A stretch of 64,000 nucleotides of DNA from an uncultured Nitrososphaeraceae archaeon (GCA_963729045.1 CAVSMN010000007.1:121742-185741); one strand, 5' to 3'. Counted from the stretch's first letter, positions 43,684-56,160 are shown. The notes: generated from the sequence alone by a model not told the origin. Numbers and translations are program-made.

Positions 43684-44742
43684 GTGCATCAGGAAAAAAT
43701 TGATAAACTTTCAGAACGAATTATGAATGATACAAATTCTGCCCTAAGTTGTCTAAATTTGTATATTGGTCACAAGCTAGACCTTTTCAATATAATCAAT
43801 GGATCGGGTCCAATAAATTCTGAGGAATTGTCAAAAAAGACTAGATATTCTGAACGATATTTAAGAGAATGGTTGGAGTGTATGACGGTTAATGAATATT
43901 TAGAACACGATTCCTCAACAAACAGGTTCTCTATATCAAAAGAGCATGCCGTAGTATTATGCGATCGTGAGAATATTGCATATACAATTCCTTTTATTTA
44001 CTGGATTCCGAGTTTAGCCTCAGCATTAGACAAGTTACTTGAAGCTTTCAAAACTGGTAGTGGTGTTCCTTACTCTATTTATGGGTCAGATATGATATAT
44101 GCACAAGGTGAAGGAAATAGGCCCATGTTTGTAAATGATGTTGCAAAATGGATTTCATCTATGCCTGATATAGCTGATAAATTAGAATCAAAAGGTGGGC
44201 GAGTTCTTGATGTAGGTTGTGGCGACGGATGGGCGAGTATTTCATTAGCTAAATCTTTTCCTTTAACTAAGATAGATGCTGTAGATGCAGATTCTCAATC
44301 TATAGATAACGCTAGAAAAAATGTTCATAATGAAGGATTAGAAAATAGAATATCTTTATATCAGTCCCTGATTGAGAAAGCAAACTTTAAAGAAAAATAT
44401 GATTTAGTCATAACTTTTGAATCAATACATGATATGCCATATCCCATTGAGGCATTGCAAAAAATGAGAGACGTTGTTTCTATGAATGGAGCAGTCTTGA
44501 TAGGTGATGTTAGTATGAAAGATAAACTAGAAGAGAAGAATGATTTTGCAGGCAAACTATATTATAATTTCAGTGTATTGCTTTGTCTTCCACAATCCGT
44601 CAACCATGCAAATTCTATAGCTACTGGAGCTGCAATGACTACTTCCACTTTTAAGAAATATGCAATTGAATCGGGCTTTTCAAAAGTTGATGTTTTACCA
44701 ATCGAGCATTTCCTATGGAGATTTTATCGTCTTACACCATGA
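43684..44742 (+). CDS. SAM-dependent methyltransferase with N-terminal wHTH
   Basis: ERYLREWL; VLDVGCGDG; FE.IHDM..P. Confidence 0.9.
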   Translation: MHQEKIDKLSERIMNDTNSALSCLNLYIGHKLDLFNIINGSGPINSEELSKKTRYSERYLREWLECMTVNEYLEHDSSTNRFSISKEHAVVLCDRENIAYTIPFIYWIPSLASALDKLLEAFKTGSGVPYSIYGSDMIYAQGEGNRPMFVNDVAKWISSMPDIADKLESKGGRVLDVGCGDGWASISLAKSFPLTKIDAVDADSQSIDNARKNVHNEGLENRISLYQSLIEKANFKEKYDLVITFESIHDMPYPIEALQKMRDVVSMNGAVLIGDVSMKDKLEEKNDFAGKLYYNFSVLLCLPQSVNHANSIATGAAMTTSTFKKYAIESGFSKVDVLPIEHFLWRFYRLTP

Positions 44743-45024
44743 TAGACAAACCAAATCTATTTCTTTTTGGTAGTAGATTAACCAAATTCTATTGAAAAGG
44801 TCGATGAGCGTTGTTCATTATTTTCTTATGTCTTGACATCAAAAAAATCAAGCAAATTAGACTCGTAATATATCTATTACTAAACCCACCGGGCCCATTG
44901 TGACTCTAGCCGGCCTAATCAACCTAGATTAGATTAATGTTATTGAAAGCCAAAAAATCTTCGAATTAGGTAGTTATTCTCAATTACACTTCTAGGCAGT
45001 CCAGCTGGAATAATGTACCACCCT

Positions 45025-45432
45025 CTACTTTAGGTCAGAGGTTGTATTGGATACAGGAAGTTGAATTAGTATTGTACCTATCACTGATACGTTATCTGAA
45101 TATGAATTAGCTACATACATATGCTTGTTACTAGGGTTGTATTCTAATTTATTTGCAGTAGAACCAGCATCTAAGGATTTTATTACTGTAATGCCACTTA
45201 TTACGGTTATTTCTCCAGAAGGAAAGTGTGCTACATAGATGAATCCATTACTAGGATTGTATTCTAAATCAGATGGATAGTCACCCACGTCTATGGTATT
45301 AATCACCGCATTGGTATTACCATTTATTACAGACACGTCATGTGAGTCTAAATTAGCCACATAGACATATTTGTTACTAGGATTGTATTCCAAGTCATTT
45401 GGGTCGTTACCCACATTAATGGTTTTTACTAG
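45025..45432 (-). pseudogene. 5'-truncated YVTN/YncE repeat fragment
   Basis: Three P..LEYNPSN..YVA-type blades; upstream frame closed by a stop; no signal peptide. Confidence 0.7.
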
Positions 45433-45600
45433 TTACCGGCCCTAAATCTAACAGGGACCCTCAATTGGGAATACTTCATGAGCAGATTTGTAAGAAGATG
45501 TCCAGTACCTTCTCCAACACCATAAATACGAGTCACATCAGAAAAATTATCTACCTACATACCTTAGCCGCTAAAGCTCCTCATAGAATGAACGAGACAT

Positions 45601-46428
45601 CTAGGACTTCAGGAAGGACAACAGGTCGGCGTTGACCTGATCCTGAAGTGTGGCAGTGAGGCCATGAGGCGCGCCAGGATAGTAGATTTCCTTCGCGCCT
45701 TTGATGAGCCGGGCCGACTTCTTAGCTGCATCCTTGACTGGAACGATTTGGTCGTCCTCACCATGCATAACCAAGGTTGGAATATCGAACTTCTCGAGGT
45801 CTTCGGTGAAATCGGTCTCGGAGAAGGCCTTGATGCTTTCATAAGCGTTCTTGAGGCCAGCCTGCATGCTCCAGAGCCAGAATTGTTCCAGGATTCCCTG
45901 GGAGACCTTGGCACCTTCTCTGTTGGCACCATAAAACGCGATGGCTAGATCCTTGTAGAATTGCGAGCGATCCTTAGTAAGACCCGAACGCATGTCATCA
46001 AACACTTCTATCGGTAAGCCCTCCGGATTAGTGTCGGTCTTAACCATGAGGGGCGGCACAGCCGCGATCAGGACAGCCTTGGCAACTCGCTTTGTTCCAT
46101 GACGACCTATATAGCGGGCAACTTCACCTCCGCCAGTGGAGTGCCCGACAAGCGTGGCATCATTGAGATCAAGCACTTCCATCACGGCGGCAAGATCATC
46201 GGCATAGCCATCCATGTCGTTCCCCGAAGAAGCCTGACTTGACCGGCCATGACCGCGACGGTCGTGAGCAACTACGCGAAAGCCTTTTTGTACAAGGAAC
46301 AGCATTTGGCCATCCCAAGCATCTGCAGTAAGAGGCCAGCCATGAGAAAAGGTTACGACAGGACCTTTACCCCAGTCCTTATAGTAGATTTCAGTCCCGT
46401 CCTTGGTGATGATTGTACTTGAAGTCAT
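45601..46428 (-). CDS. cpo: non-heme chloroperoxidase/arylesterase (alpha/beta hydrolase)
   Basis: [44 protein letters not shown]. Confidence 0.92.
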   Translation of the reverse strand: MTSSTIITKDGTEIYYKDWGKGPVVTFSHGWPLTADAWDGQMLFLVQKGFRVVAHDRRGHGRSSQASSGNDMDGYADDLAAVMEVLDLNDATLVGHSTGGGEVARYIGRHGTKRVAKAVLIAAVPPLMVKTDTNPEGLPIEVFDDMRSGLTKDRSQFYKDLAIAFYGANREGAKVSQGILEQFWLWSMQAGLKNAYESIKAFSETDFTEDLEKFDIPTLVMHGEDDQIVPVKDAAKKSARLIKGAKEIYYPGAPHGLTATLQDQVNADLLSFLKS

Positions 46429-46429
46429 A

Positions 46430-47260
46430 CTATTTTGTCACCCCTTTTGTTGCATTAAGGATCAATTCGGCGACTTCTTTTGGGTGTGTTACAAGTGACG
46501 CATGGCTAGAGTTAAGGGATATAGTAGTAGCATTCATTCGTTCTGCGAATTTATGTTGTGCATCAGGAGGGATAATGTGGTCGCTCTCAGACACCTCAAA
46601 CCATGTGGGAAGTTGCTTCCAAGCTGGAGGACCAGATTTTTCAGTAAAAAGTGATTGATGAGCTGGCTTTTGCACAACTGCCAAGGTTTCAGCTTCAGTC
46701 GCATTTGCATCCTGAACAAACGCTCCATGGAACATCTTTGGGTTAAGGTATGCAAATCCTCCGCTATCGAAAACCAACAATCCTGGAGGAAGGGATGCAA
46801 CAGGGACGAAATTCACTGCAGATTCACCCTCATCAGGAGCAAAGGCTGAAATGTAGACAAGCCCTGTTACGTTCTTATTATTATAACCGGCATTCGTGAT
46901 TACGAATCCACCGAATGAGTGTCCTACAAGTATTGTTGGTCCGCCAACTAGGTCAATTGCGCGCTTGACGGTATCTACATCGTCTGCAAGAGAGTGCGCA
47001 GCAAGTTGCACCGCAATAACTCTATGTCCTGCATTTTGTAGAATAGGAATTACTTTACTCCATGAAGATCCATCGGCCCATAAACCATGGACTAAAACGA
47101 TATTCGTAGCGTTTGTTGTCATATCCTGTACTCCTCCAGGTTGCATTAATGTTTTATTCTCTGGGGCAGCGGTAGCGGAGCCAGAATATGTAGGTAACAC
47201 AAAGCCCAAAAGTAGAATTATACTTAGACACAGTAAACCAAAAAATTTTGTATTTTTCAT
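46430..47260 (-). CDS. secreted alpha/beta hydrolase
   Basis: Signal peptide; [29 protein letters not shown]. Confidence 0.9.
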   Translation of the reverse strand: MKNTKFFGLLCLSIILLLGFVLPTYSGSATAAPENKTLMQPGGVQDMTTNATNIVLVHGLWADGSSWSKVIPILQNAGHRVIAVQLAAHSLADDVDTVKRAIDLVGGPTILVGHSFGGFVITNAGYNNKNVTGLVYISAFAPDEGESAVNFVPVASLPPGLLVFDSGGFAYLNPKMFHGAFVQDANATEAETLAVVQKPAHQSLFTEKSGPPAWKQLPTWFEVSESDHIIPPDAQHKFAERMNATTISLNSSHASLVTHPKEVAELILNATKGVTK

Positions 47261-47866
47261 TCTTATGGCGACAATGACAATATCTTGTATATAAGTATGA
47301 TAGTAAAATAGCTAATCACTTGCATATGTTACCTTCAAAATAGCTTCTTGACCTTATGATAGAGATTAGATGTGTTGCAAAGATATAAGGACTAATCTTT
47401 GTTATACCGAAGTTTGAGAGTAGATTACATCTGTTGCAGGTAATAGTATCCTTATTCTAGAACAATATTTTAGATATGAAAATACGATTTTATTATTGCG
47501 TGTTACCAGTAATGTAGGAAGCGCGGATATAAAGTAATCGATTTATAGGATTTACTTTATTAACTCAAAATAAGAACAAGTCTATCCACATTGTTTGATT
47601 TTTAAATTTAGGCTGTTTCAGAAACTGTAATCTATCATCATTTATATCGCATTTTCAATAGAAAGTATTTCATCTAGTCCTTTAACTAGAGTTAGTCTCG
47701 ACTGATCCTAATTTTTGCGTTCAGAATAATATTGATATCTTATGATAGTGAAGTAGCATCGTCTGATAATGTGATTGATTATAATAGAATAGACTATATA
47801 AAATAAGTTGTCCAAGTTACTTAGGTAATTCAGTCAATAAGGTATATTAGAAGTGAGGTGGAAGAG

Positions 47867-49128
47867 TCACCCTTGTAATATTATCTGAGAGGCACGCTTT
47901 GCGCTCGCAACTGAGGCATTGGATATTAAGCCTTCATTACCCACCCAATCTCCTACCACATATAGATTCTCTGCAATTTTCGGATGCGGTCTTCCAGCTA
48001 AACCTCCACCTGCAGCAGTAACAACAGCATTACAAACGACCATATTGGGTAACGGTCTTTTCTTGACAAGTACCTTCTCTCCATCCTGGTTGAAGTAAAT
48101 CAAGAAATTGTTCTAATTCAGCCTCCATCTTCTCGCGGCTTTGGGGGAATTGAAGTACCAAGGTATTTTGCAACATGTATTAATGCCCCACCTTCGGGAG
48201 CCAGTTTTGCATATTTGGAATGAACCGAAAAATATAGTGGCTGATCTATCCCAATAGCAAATGTAGTGTCTTTATCCGGTAAGCTACGAAGAGCAACATC
48301 TAAACAAACTAGGCGTATAGGTTTTGATTCTGTTGCTGCCTTGGTTAGTACTTCTGGTCTCTCGCTTTCATCAAAAAGATTATGCGCATCCATGGGGCCC
48401 GCTGCTATTACAACAATTTTTGCAGTAACCTCTGTTTTGTTAGACAACGAAACTTGCCAACTTGATGAATCAGTTTTTTTCAACTTGATAACCTTTTCCC
48501 CTAAGATAATTCTTACACCTGCAGTTTTGGCTGCGGTTACCAGTCCATCGACAAGCGTTTGCCACCCATGATCCAAATACATATAGCCGCCTTGGCTCCC
48601 CATATAGAATTGATGAAGCACTGAACCTATGCTCTGAATATCAGGATCGTTACCATAAGTATTCAGCCTTATGAGAGCCTTGATTACTTCGGAGTCATTT
48701 GAGTCGTGAATATTTTTATCTAACCACTCTTGTACCGTGGTCCTTTCTAATTGTGAAAAATCAATATTGGTAGGTGATTTAAAAAATTGACTTCCATCTT
48801 TTCCCGTTAAACCCAAATTACTATCAATTTCTTGTTTCTTACCACCATTAATTAGATAACCTCTCCCAGTGGCAATTCCTCCAGTATAAGATATCCCTAT
48901 CTCTTTTAATATTGAGTCATTTGCGTCGGTTATACAAAGTGCATGTGGGCCTTGATTAAAGTAAAAACTATCAATTTCTGTAGTCCTTGCACGCCCTCCG
49001 ATTTCTCTGGATGAATGCTCATACAAAGTTACTGTCTTTCCACCTCGACCAAGCAATACCGCAGTAGTAAGCCCAGCTAATCCTCCCCCAATTATAACGA
49101 CATCCGAACTATCTATTACATTTGACAT
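47867..49128 (-). CDS. FAD-dependent oxidoreductase (phytoene-desaturase-like; frameshifts near 48125 and 48075)
   Basis: GGGLAGL, GGRA.T, FN.GPHAL, GWQ.LVD; tail NLYVVGDWVG.EG. Confidence 0.85.
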
Positions 49129-49305
49129 TATGTGACTTGTAGGTAGATTCGTGTTGTTAAGGATTTTCCCAAAGCACTCAATTTGAGTTTTAAATTTTAG
49201 ATAAATATACAGATATCCCGAAATTAATGTTGTTCAGCTTGCCATCATTTTCAGGGAGTAGTATCCTTGGTTACTATATCCCTTACTTGAAATATTTGTT
49301 ATTAG

Positions 49306-49620
49306 TTAATTTTTTCTTATTAATATATCATCGTTTTCTATCTTAACTTCATACGACTGAGCGGGCAGCTCGGCCGGAGGCTCAGTTACGATACCTGTTC
49401 TTACGTCAAACTTAGAACCATGCCAAGGGCATTCCACGTTATATCCTTCAATTGTGCCTTCATTCAGTGGCCCACCCTGATGAGTACATATGTTTCCAAT
49501 TGCATAGTAGTTCCCCTCAATATTAACAACACAGACGCTTTCTCCAGCCAAATCATAAACTTTCATCGTTGACGATTGAATATCTTTTGCTTCACCAATC
49601 TTTGTAAAACCTTCATCCAT
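49306..49620 (-). CDS. Rieske [2Fe-2S] ferredoxin
   Basis: CTHQGGPL...ECPWHGSKFD. Confidence 0.93.
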   Translation of the reverse strand: MDEGFTKIGEAKDIQSSTMKVYDLAGESVCVVNIEGNYYAIGNICTHQGGPLNEGTIEGYNVECPWHGSKFDVRTGIVTEPPAELPAQSYEVKIENDDILIRKN

Positions 49621-50652
49621 TTCTAATTCCCCTCATATCACTTCACAAGGGAACAAATGTTATATAGATTTTCATATATTAACTCAATAGACCCTGAGAT
49701 TAATTAATTTTCTACAAACACCCAAACTTTTATATTGATACCATAAATATATATCAATCAAAATTGTTAGTTCTTGTAATGTCCAAACAGACTAAAAATC
49801 ACTTGGCCCCAAAATGGTATATATCATAATACCTCATTCTTAAAATGAGAGTTCAAATATCTTCTCCTGTTTATCAATCAACGAGATAATGTTGAAAGTA
49901 AATCATGAGTCTGAAAGCATCCAAAATGGATTTCATTCATGCTGATAATTGTATCACAATCCTATTCGAATAACGATGTTAGAAAATCAACAGAGTAAGA
50001 ATAGGATTGTCATTTTATTGGCATAGCCTTTACAACCACTTATCACTCAGATTCATTATTATGGATAGGTTTTGAAAGCATCTTCAGCGCTTCTTTCAGA
50101 AGTCCCTTTACTTCTTTAACATTTTGCTTATGTAATGTCATCCGCCCATTCCTTTTAGTACAATAGATGTTTACGTGCCATTTTTCGATATTAATTGTAG
50201 GAAAATCTGAACGAAAATGTAGTCTCTGCTTTCTTCACGTATCAAAACACTTCGCATTATTGCCCTACATGCGGACAAAGATGATTTGACTTCTAAAGTT
50301 ATGATGAAATCTATAATACTGTCCATGCAAAACAATGACCCTGTTTTCTGTTTTGTTCACCTTCAATCATTATTGTGGTAGGTTGAACGTCCAAATACGG
50401 ATCTAGCCCATAATAGTCACTCTATCAGCATGGATGTAATCCCATAGCATGATTATCACGATCCCGTTAAGTAAAAGCAATATAGGTCCAGATGATAGAA
50501 TAGGTCCATCCGTAAAGCAGATTTGATCCCGTTTCAATAACTGAAATCCATACCCATTTTTCCGTAGTCGCATATATTACCAATTATATGAATGGCTTAT
50601 GTGTAATTCATATAATAATTAATTAATTTATTGGACTCGGTCAAATATGGAT

Positions 50653-51890
50653 CTATGTATTCAAAGTATATATTTTGTAAGGCCTATCAGTACCATAGTT
50701 TACATATTTCCATCGATCAGTGATTGTGAGTTCGTGAAATTCATTCTGTACTTCAGGATTTAATGATTTGTAAACGTTCTCTCCAACAGATACTTTATTT
50801 GCAGCCGGTCACAGACATTATTTTCGATGCAACATTCATCCCATATCCTAATATGTCAATAGGTGAGTGTTGATCGTAACCAAACTGAACAATTGCGTTT
50901 TCTCCAGCGTCTATCCCTATCTTTACTGAAAGCTCGGGATACTTGTATATTTTATGCATAAAGGAATTTACTTCTTCTTGGATTGATTTGATCATCAACT
51001 TCCCAGATTCAACTGCTGTATCTGAAGAAAGATATTTGTTCTGATTGTCAACACGACTTGGAAAAAAAGAGATTACTGCATCCCCGGCATATTTTAAGAC
51101 ATACCCACCAAGGGTATCTACAACATTTGAAATGTGATAGTCAAAAATCCTGACTATAGAAACAAGATTGTCTATGGGTAGGGTCATACTCATCTGTGTC
51201 GAACCAACCAGATCAGCGTATATGATTACTATTGGGATCTTGGTGCGTATATGGTCAAGAAGATAATTTTGACCTCGTCTCACAGAAGTATGAATTACCT
51301 TTGGCCAGAGACTGTCAAGTATCAAAGGTGTATGTGTTTTATACCAATAAACCATCAGTTCTTCTTCTTTCATACTCTTTTCAAGCAAAGATAAATTATC
51401 TTGTTTACGCGGAATATCCATAACTTGTATGTTCTCTATCAATGATTCATAAGCCATTAATTCATCATGATTTATTGCGAAATCTTGCCTCAATAGTACA
51501 ATTTCATAGTCCTCTGGTATAGATCGTTTTAATATCTTATTCTGTTCTTCTTTTTCTAAACTTTCCGGAAGATTATTTTCAGACTCCGTTGTACTGGTAG
51601 CAGTAGTAGGTATTAGATACGAATGATGATAACAAGTCGGCCTTTGTATCAGTTGGCTTTCCTCCAAATTGTCTAATCATATCTTGGAGTCTGATCTTTT
51701 GAATATTTGTTACATCCAAATGCCTTTTTAATATTTCCTTTAATCCTTCAATTGGCGTGTTGTCTATTCTTGAAGCTATCCTCACTGCTGCTGCGTTTTC
51801 AATAGAGAGTACTCCGTTTAGTTCCTTAACTATATTTAGTTTCGACTCGACATGAATCTTGCTATCGTCATTGTTCTCCGTATTAGACAT
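50653..51890 (-). CDS. ferritin-like (DUF892) plus class III adenylate cyclase fusion (frameshifts near 51620 and 50803)
   Basis: N-terminal LN..LS.ENAA..RI / RHL..T..Q..RL. Cyclase motifs YADLVGST, KYAGDAV, KIGID.G, DILG..MN.ASKI. Shifted tail NKVSVGENVY...WKY...PYKIY. Confidence 0.8.
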
Positions 51891-52337
51891 TGATGATTCA
51901 GTTATGATATATTCCATCACAAATAAGGTTTTGTGAGATCTTGAAATTATACATCCGTACCTCAACAAATACTGACTTGAAGTCATCATAATATAGAGGA
52001 CGATGAAATTTCAGCAGGTATTTCTGTTGTTTAAAATTATTTCGAACTGTTTACGCATTTCCAAGAAACAATTACAATGTAATCTGAAGGGCGATGCGAT
52101 AAGATAATAAGAATAGGCAACGATAGTGAAAATATCTATAGCAATCTGACTATTTTATGATATAGGATTTGACTAATAAAGTAAACTGGGATCTGCTCAT
52201 TAGACTCGTGATTCCAGATAAAATCAACTTAATAGAACTAATATCAAATTGATATCAACAGGGTTCATTTTGAAAACATAACTTTTTATCATTGTAGATC
52301 ATCCGAATTTGATTTCCTTACAAAAAAATTAATTAAT

Positions 52338-52443
52338 TAACAGATCCCATGTAATATATGGATTCGAAGCCCACTGAATTCTTATTATATAGTACGTCCC
52401 CGTCTAATTCTCTAGGGAACAATAGGTTTTCTCAATCTTAATT
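52338..52443. repeat. degenerate dispersed repeat, copy 1
   Basis: taacagatcccat....tggattcgaagccca..gaattctta is shared with 55630-55743. Confidence 0.75.
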
Positions 52444-52728
52444 ATATCTCAAATATTTTATCTCTTTAAGTCATTATTCGAAGATATTCTAATTGAAAAG
52501 AAATAAGAAATCTAGTTAACTTTAGAGCCATAAGCCTTACAGGCCATTTAAATCAAGCCCAATTTGGATCTTGTCTGGTGCAGTCAGTCAACTGAACAAA
52601 TTCATCGTATCTTTTTTTTGATATATCATTTACTATAATAATCGAGCCTAGTAGGATTCAAAAAGAAGGTTTAAGATCTAATGTCCTTTCGTAAAAGGCT
52701 TTATAACAATATGATAACTACATATATT

Positions 52729-53121
52729 ATGGGATTAGCACATTATATGGCTAAAGAATTGATGAGAGAAATTGAAAATAAGTCTAGAGAATTCTTTGAA
52801 TTCGTCATGCCCGCAATAGACATGTATGAAGAAGGTTCCGTGCTAGTCGTTTTAATTGATCTTCCAGGTTTTTCAAAACAGGATATTTCATTAAGAATAC
52901 TAGGTAATGTCCTTTCCATAAACGCAAGAAGGCAGAAGGAAGGAGAGTCAAGCGCTGATACAATTTACCTCCAGCAAAGACCTCTACGTATTAACAAGAA
53001 GGTTCAGTTACCAATCACAGTTACTGAGGAAGACCAGGTGTTGGGTTCTGCAACGTACGCTGACGGTATCGTTACTCTACGGATACCTATCCCTCGGTAC
53101 AATACAATTCCTATTTCTTAA
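52729..53121 (+). CDS. hsp20: small heat-shock protein (Hsp20)
   Basis: P.IDMYEE...L.V..DLPGF.K.DI, A.Y.DG...L.IP. Confidence 0.92.
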   Translation: MGLAHYMAKELMREIENKSREFFEFVMPAIDMYEEGSVLVVLIDLPGFSKQDISLRILGNVLSINARRQKEGESSADTIYLQQRPLRINKKVQLPITVTEEDQVLGSATYADGIVTLRIPIPRYNTIPIS

Positions 53122-53137
53122 GAGTTGCAGACTAGCG

Positions 53138-54787
53138 TTAATGTTTTCTTCTACTGATTGCAATGAGTCCGATAAATGTTGCTGCGGAGGCAAAGAATCC
53201 TCCTACTCCCAGAATTAAATTATACTGAACCAATACCGCTGATCCAATGAATAGTCCTGAGCCTATAATGCTTAGGGAAGTTAGCCATTGTCTGCTTGAC
53301 GAGGTCTCCTTCATACGCAAGTCGGCCTCCATATATGATCTTATCATAGGCGCAAGACTTATTGAACTTTCTACGCCCTTTATAAACCGCTTGAAATAGT
53401 CTTTTGCTTCTTCGATATATGCTTCTCGAAAAAGCCCTTCTTCCGATAGGATATTTTCCAATACCCTTGCAAATTTAAATTTGACTTTATGTTGTTGATA
53501 AATTCCTTCAAGAATGGAGGTCATCCGCATGTAAAGTGCCAAATTTTTTGGAAGTCTAAATGGAAATTTGCTCATCGTTTTATTAGTTAGATCGATAAGG
53601 GCCTTGGCTTCCATGCTGTCAACTTGTTGCCCGTGAAGTGATCTGATACTTAATTCCAATGCCTTTTCAAGGATGTATCTGTTAACAGAAGGTTCCAGTG
53701 TTCCCAAATCAATTAATACATCTACCGCTCTCACAGGATCTTTTTCAATCATACTGAGATACAATCTTACTAACTTTAGTCGTGTCTCGTCATCGATCCG
53801 TCCCACCATCCCAAAATCATAAAGAATGATCTTGCCATCAGGTTTCACTGAGATGTTTCCTGGGTGGGGATCCGCGTGAAATACGCTGTCTTTGAGAAGC
53901 ATCTTAAAGAATACTCGATGTACCTTCGAAACGATCCGCCCCCTATCTAAACCCATGGCATCCAATGCTGCTACATCAGTTATTTTTGTGCCAGGGATGT
54001 ACTCCATAGATAAAACGTGTTTGGAAGTTATTTCCGGGAAAAGCCTTGGAATTAATACAGTTGGATCCCGAACCATGTTTTTTCGAATCATCTTTAGATT
54101 TGTTGCCTCAATTCTATAATCCATCTCTTCATCAATAGTTTCTACAAATTGTGAAAACATTGCTTCGACAGAGTACTTTAGATTTGGATCTATGAAGCGG
54201 GTTGCCAATGGGAGTATAGACTTTAGCACCTGGATATCCCTTGAGACGATCATCTCTATATTTGGACGAGATACCTTTACGACCACGTCTTGACCCCCAT
54301 AGCGAGCCAGATGAATTTGCCCAAGACTGGCTCCAGATTTTGCTGTTTTTTCAAAGCTATCGAAAACCTGTTCTATGCTCCCGATTTCACTTTCAACTAT
54401 CCCTTGAATCATTGAAAAATCCGCAGGCGGTACATCGTCTTGCAATTTTGCAAGAACTTCCAGATAAGGTTGAGGAAGCACATCAGTTCTAGTTGATAGC
54501 CATTGTCCTAATTTTATATACGAGGGTCCAAGAGCAATAAAAGTAGCGAGTGCCTTCTCTGCGTGTTTTGTATATTTCTTCTTGTCAATATTTCTACCCT
54601 CACGTCTTACCCATTCCCGGCGGTCCCTCCTAAGATAAAAAAGAATCGGAACAAGTTTGATCACTACTTTTGCAAGATAAAATTTTGAAACCCGAGGGGA
54701 CGATTTTATTGTATCTGTGTCAATCTCTGTCGCAGCGGTGGTGGATTCAAAAGAATTAGAAGGATCCAAATTTTCTACGTTTTCCAA
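53138..54787 (-). CDS. ABC1/AarF/UbiB family atypical kinase
   Basis: LGPSYIKLGQ, ASLGQ.H, VKV.RP, FHADPHPGN, DFGMVG. Confidence 0.93.
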   Translation of the reverse strand: MENVENLDPSNSFESTTAATEIDTDTIKSSPRVSKFYLAKVVIKLVPILFYLRRDRREWVRREGRNIDKKKYTKHAEKALATFIALGPSYIKLGQWLSTRTDVLPQPYLEVLAKLQDDVPPADFSMIQGIVESEIGSIEQVFDSFEKTAKSGASLGQIHLARYGGQDVVVKVSRPNIEMIVSRDIQVLKSILPLATRFIDPNLKYSVEAMFSQFVETIDEEMDYRIEATNLKMIRKNMVRDPTVLIPRLFPEITSKHVLSMEYIPGTKITDVAALDAMGLDRGRIVSKVHRVFFKMLLKDSVFHADPHPGNISVKPDGKIILYDFGMVGRIDDETRLKLVRLYLSMIEKDPVRAVDVLIDLGTLEPSVNRYILEKALELSIRSLHGQQVDSMEAKALIDLTNKTMSKFPFRLPKNLALYMRMTSILEGIYQQHKVKFKFARVLENILSEEGLFREAYIEEAKDYFKRFIKGVESSISLAPMIRSYMEADLRMKETSSSRQWLTSLSIIGSGLFIGSAVLVQYNLILGVGGFFASAATFIGLIAISRRKH

Positions 54788-55022
54788 AGCTTACTTCGCC
54801 TTTGAGCCAATTTTTTACTGAATTGACGAATGTGTGACTTGTATAAGCCGCAATTATTCCTGCAATATAGGGTGAAAGTTGATCCCGATTATTCGGCTCT
54901 ATTAAGGAGTCTAGATTTGAATTGCTCATTTTCGAGTTCATTTTTATCTTTCTCTTTACAATTGAGTAAGTGGTAATCCCTGAAAGCATACCAATTAAGT
55001 ATTCGGGAGCATCGACAATCAA
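54756..55022 (-). CDS. hypothetical small membrane-associated protein
   Basis: Two similar hydrophobic segments (YLIGMLSGITTY / YIAGIIAAYTSH). Confidence 0.4.
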   Translation of the reverse strand: MIVDAPEYLIGMLSGITTYSIVKRKIKMNSKMSNSNLDSLIEPNNRDQLSPYIAGIIAAYTSHTFVNSVKNWLKGEVSFGKRRKFGSF

Positions 55023-55629
55023 ATGACCGAGGGGATCGTCTGATGGATTAATCTTATCTGAATGAACCGAATAGTAGCTGCCGTAATCTCGAATGTGAAG
55101 TTTCCCGGCTCTGAATTGCTTTAATGCTCCAGACCTGGTACCAAGTTAAGTCTCAGAATATTCAATAATCGGTCTTACAGACTTTGGTGTATGATTGAGC
55201 CATCGTCATCAACAAAATTCACGTTTGCTTATTTGAGATTTGGTAAGATATAACATTACCTATAATATAATGAGGTCAAGGAAATTAAATTTGTGAAATG
55301 GTCTGAAGAAAGTTTGGGCTGATAGAAATTCACTCAACAAATTCGCTTGTGTTTTTCGCGAGTATATTATGTGAAAAGCAGAAATTATCTCTGCATCCTA
55401 GAACATTTGCAATTGACATTAATAATAAAGTTATATCTTGTATCATAAATGTTTAAGAATCCTGAATCCATTTTTGGTGGCGATAGCACAGCGGAAACCT
55501 CTGGCCACATTACCAATCCACATATGTATAAGATCCACCTGCACAATGGACTCAATTTCCAACTGCCAGACTCATCATGAATTATACATTTACTTAACTA
55601 AGTCATCGAATTCATAAGGTAAATAAAAG

Positions 55630-55743
55630 TAACAGATCCCATATACCTCATGGATTCGAAGCCCAACGAATTCTTAATCCGTGGTAAGTTCCCCATTCAA
55701 TACCTTTAGAGAACTTCCATTGGGGATTTTCACATTCTTATTA
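55630..55743. repeat. degenerate dispersed repeat, copy 2
   Basis: Aligns with 52338-52443. Confidence 0.75.
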
Positions 55744-56160
55744 AATGTCAATTGATTTACTACACACACTTGTCGAAACTGTTTTTAGATATTAAGTTGA
55801 TTATACCCAAAATCATCCTAAAACATTTAAACAACTTTGGGATAGCCCTTATGTTGAATTGCTAAAACAACCCAGGCATACAATCAAAATCCCAATCGAC
55901 TGTAAAAAAGATATAAGGAATTGGATTAACAATTATTATGAATCCATATGACCCAGTGATATTATGTCTTGTGTGACAATAAAGGCGTACACTAAAACAT
56001 GTCATACAATCGTTTTGATTTGATTGCAAATCATTATAACAGCAATATCATGTCTTAACTTTACAGAGCAAAATGATATAATATTATTCTAGTTGAGTAG
56101 ATATTGTTGAAAATAAGATCTCTTTTAGAAAACCAACTTCTATAAACTTGGTAAAGACGA

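Noticed and set aside
45609..45948. Alternative ORFs overlapping cpo
   Set aside because: By-products of the high-GC codon usage.
50166..50285. Zinc-ribbon micro-ORF (CSLC...CPTCG)
   Set aside because: The two Cys pairs are in different frames; cannot be supported without a homology search.
42335..52400. att-bounded island at tRNA-Ala
   Set aside because: Accessory-looking genes follow the tRNA, but I found no duplicated tRNA 3' end or integrase; ggattcgaagcccac at ~52360 is only a loose T-arm look-alike.
55801..55851. MITE-like inverted ends resembling the IS5 terminus
   Set aside because: Short and imperfect, with no target-site duplication.
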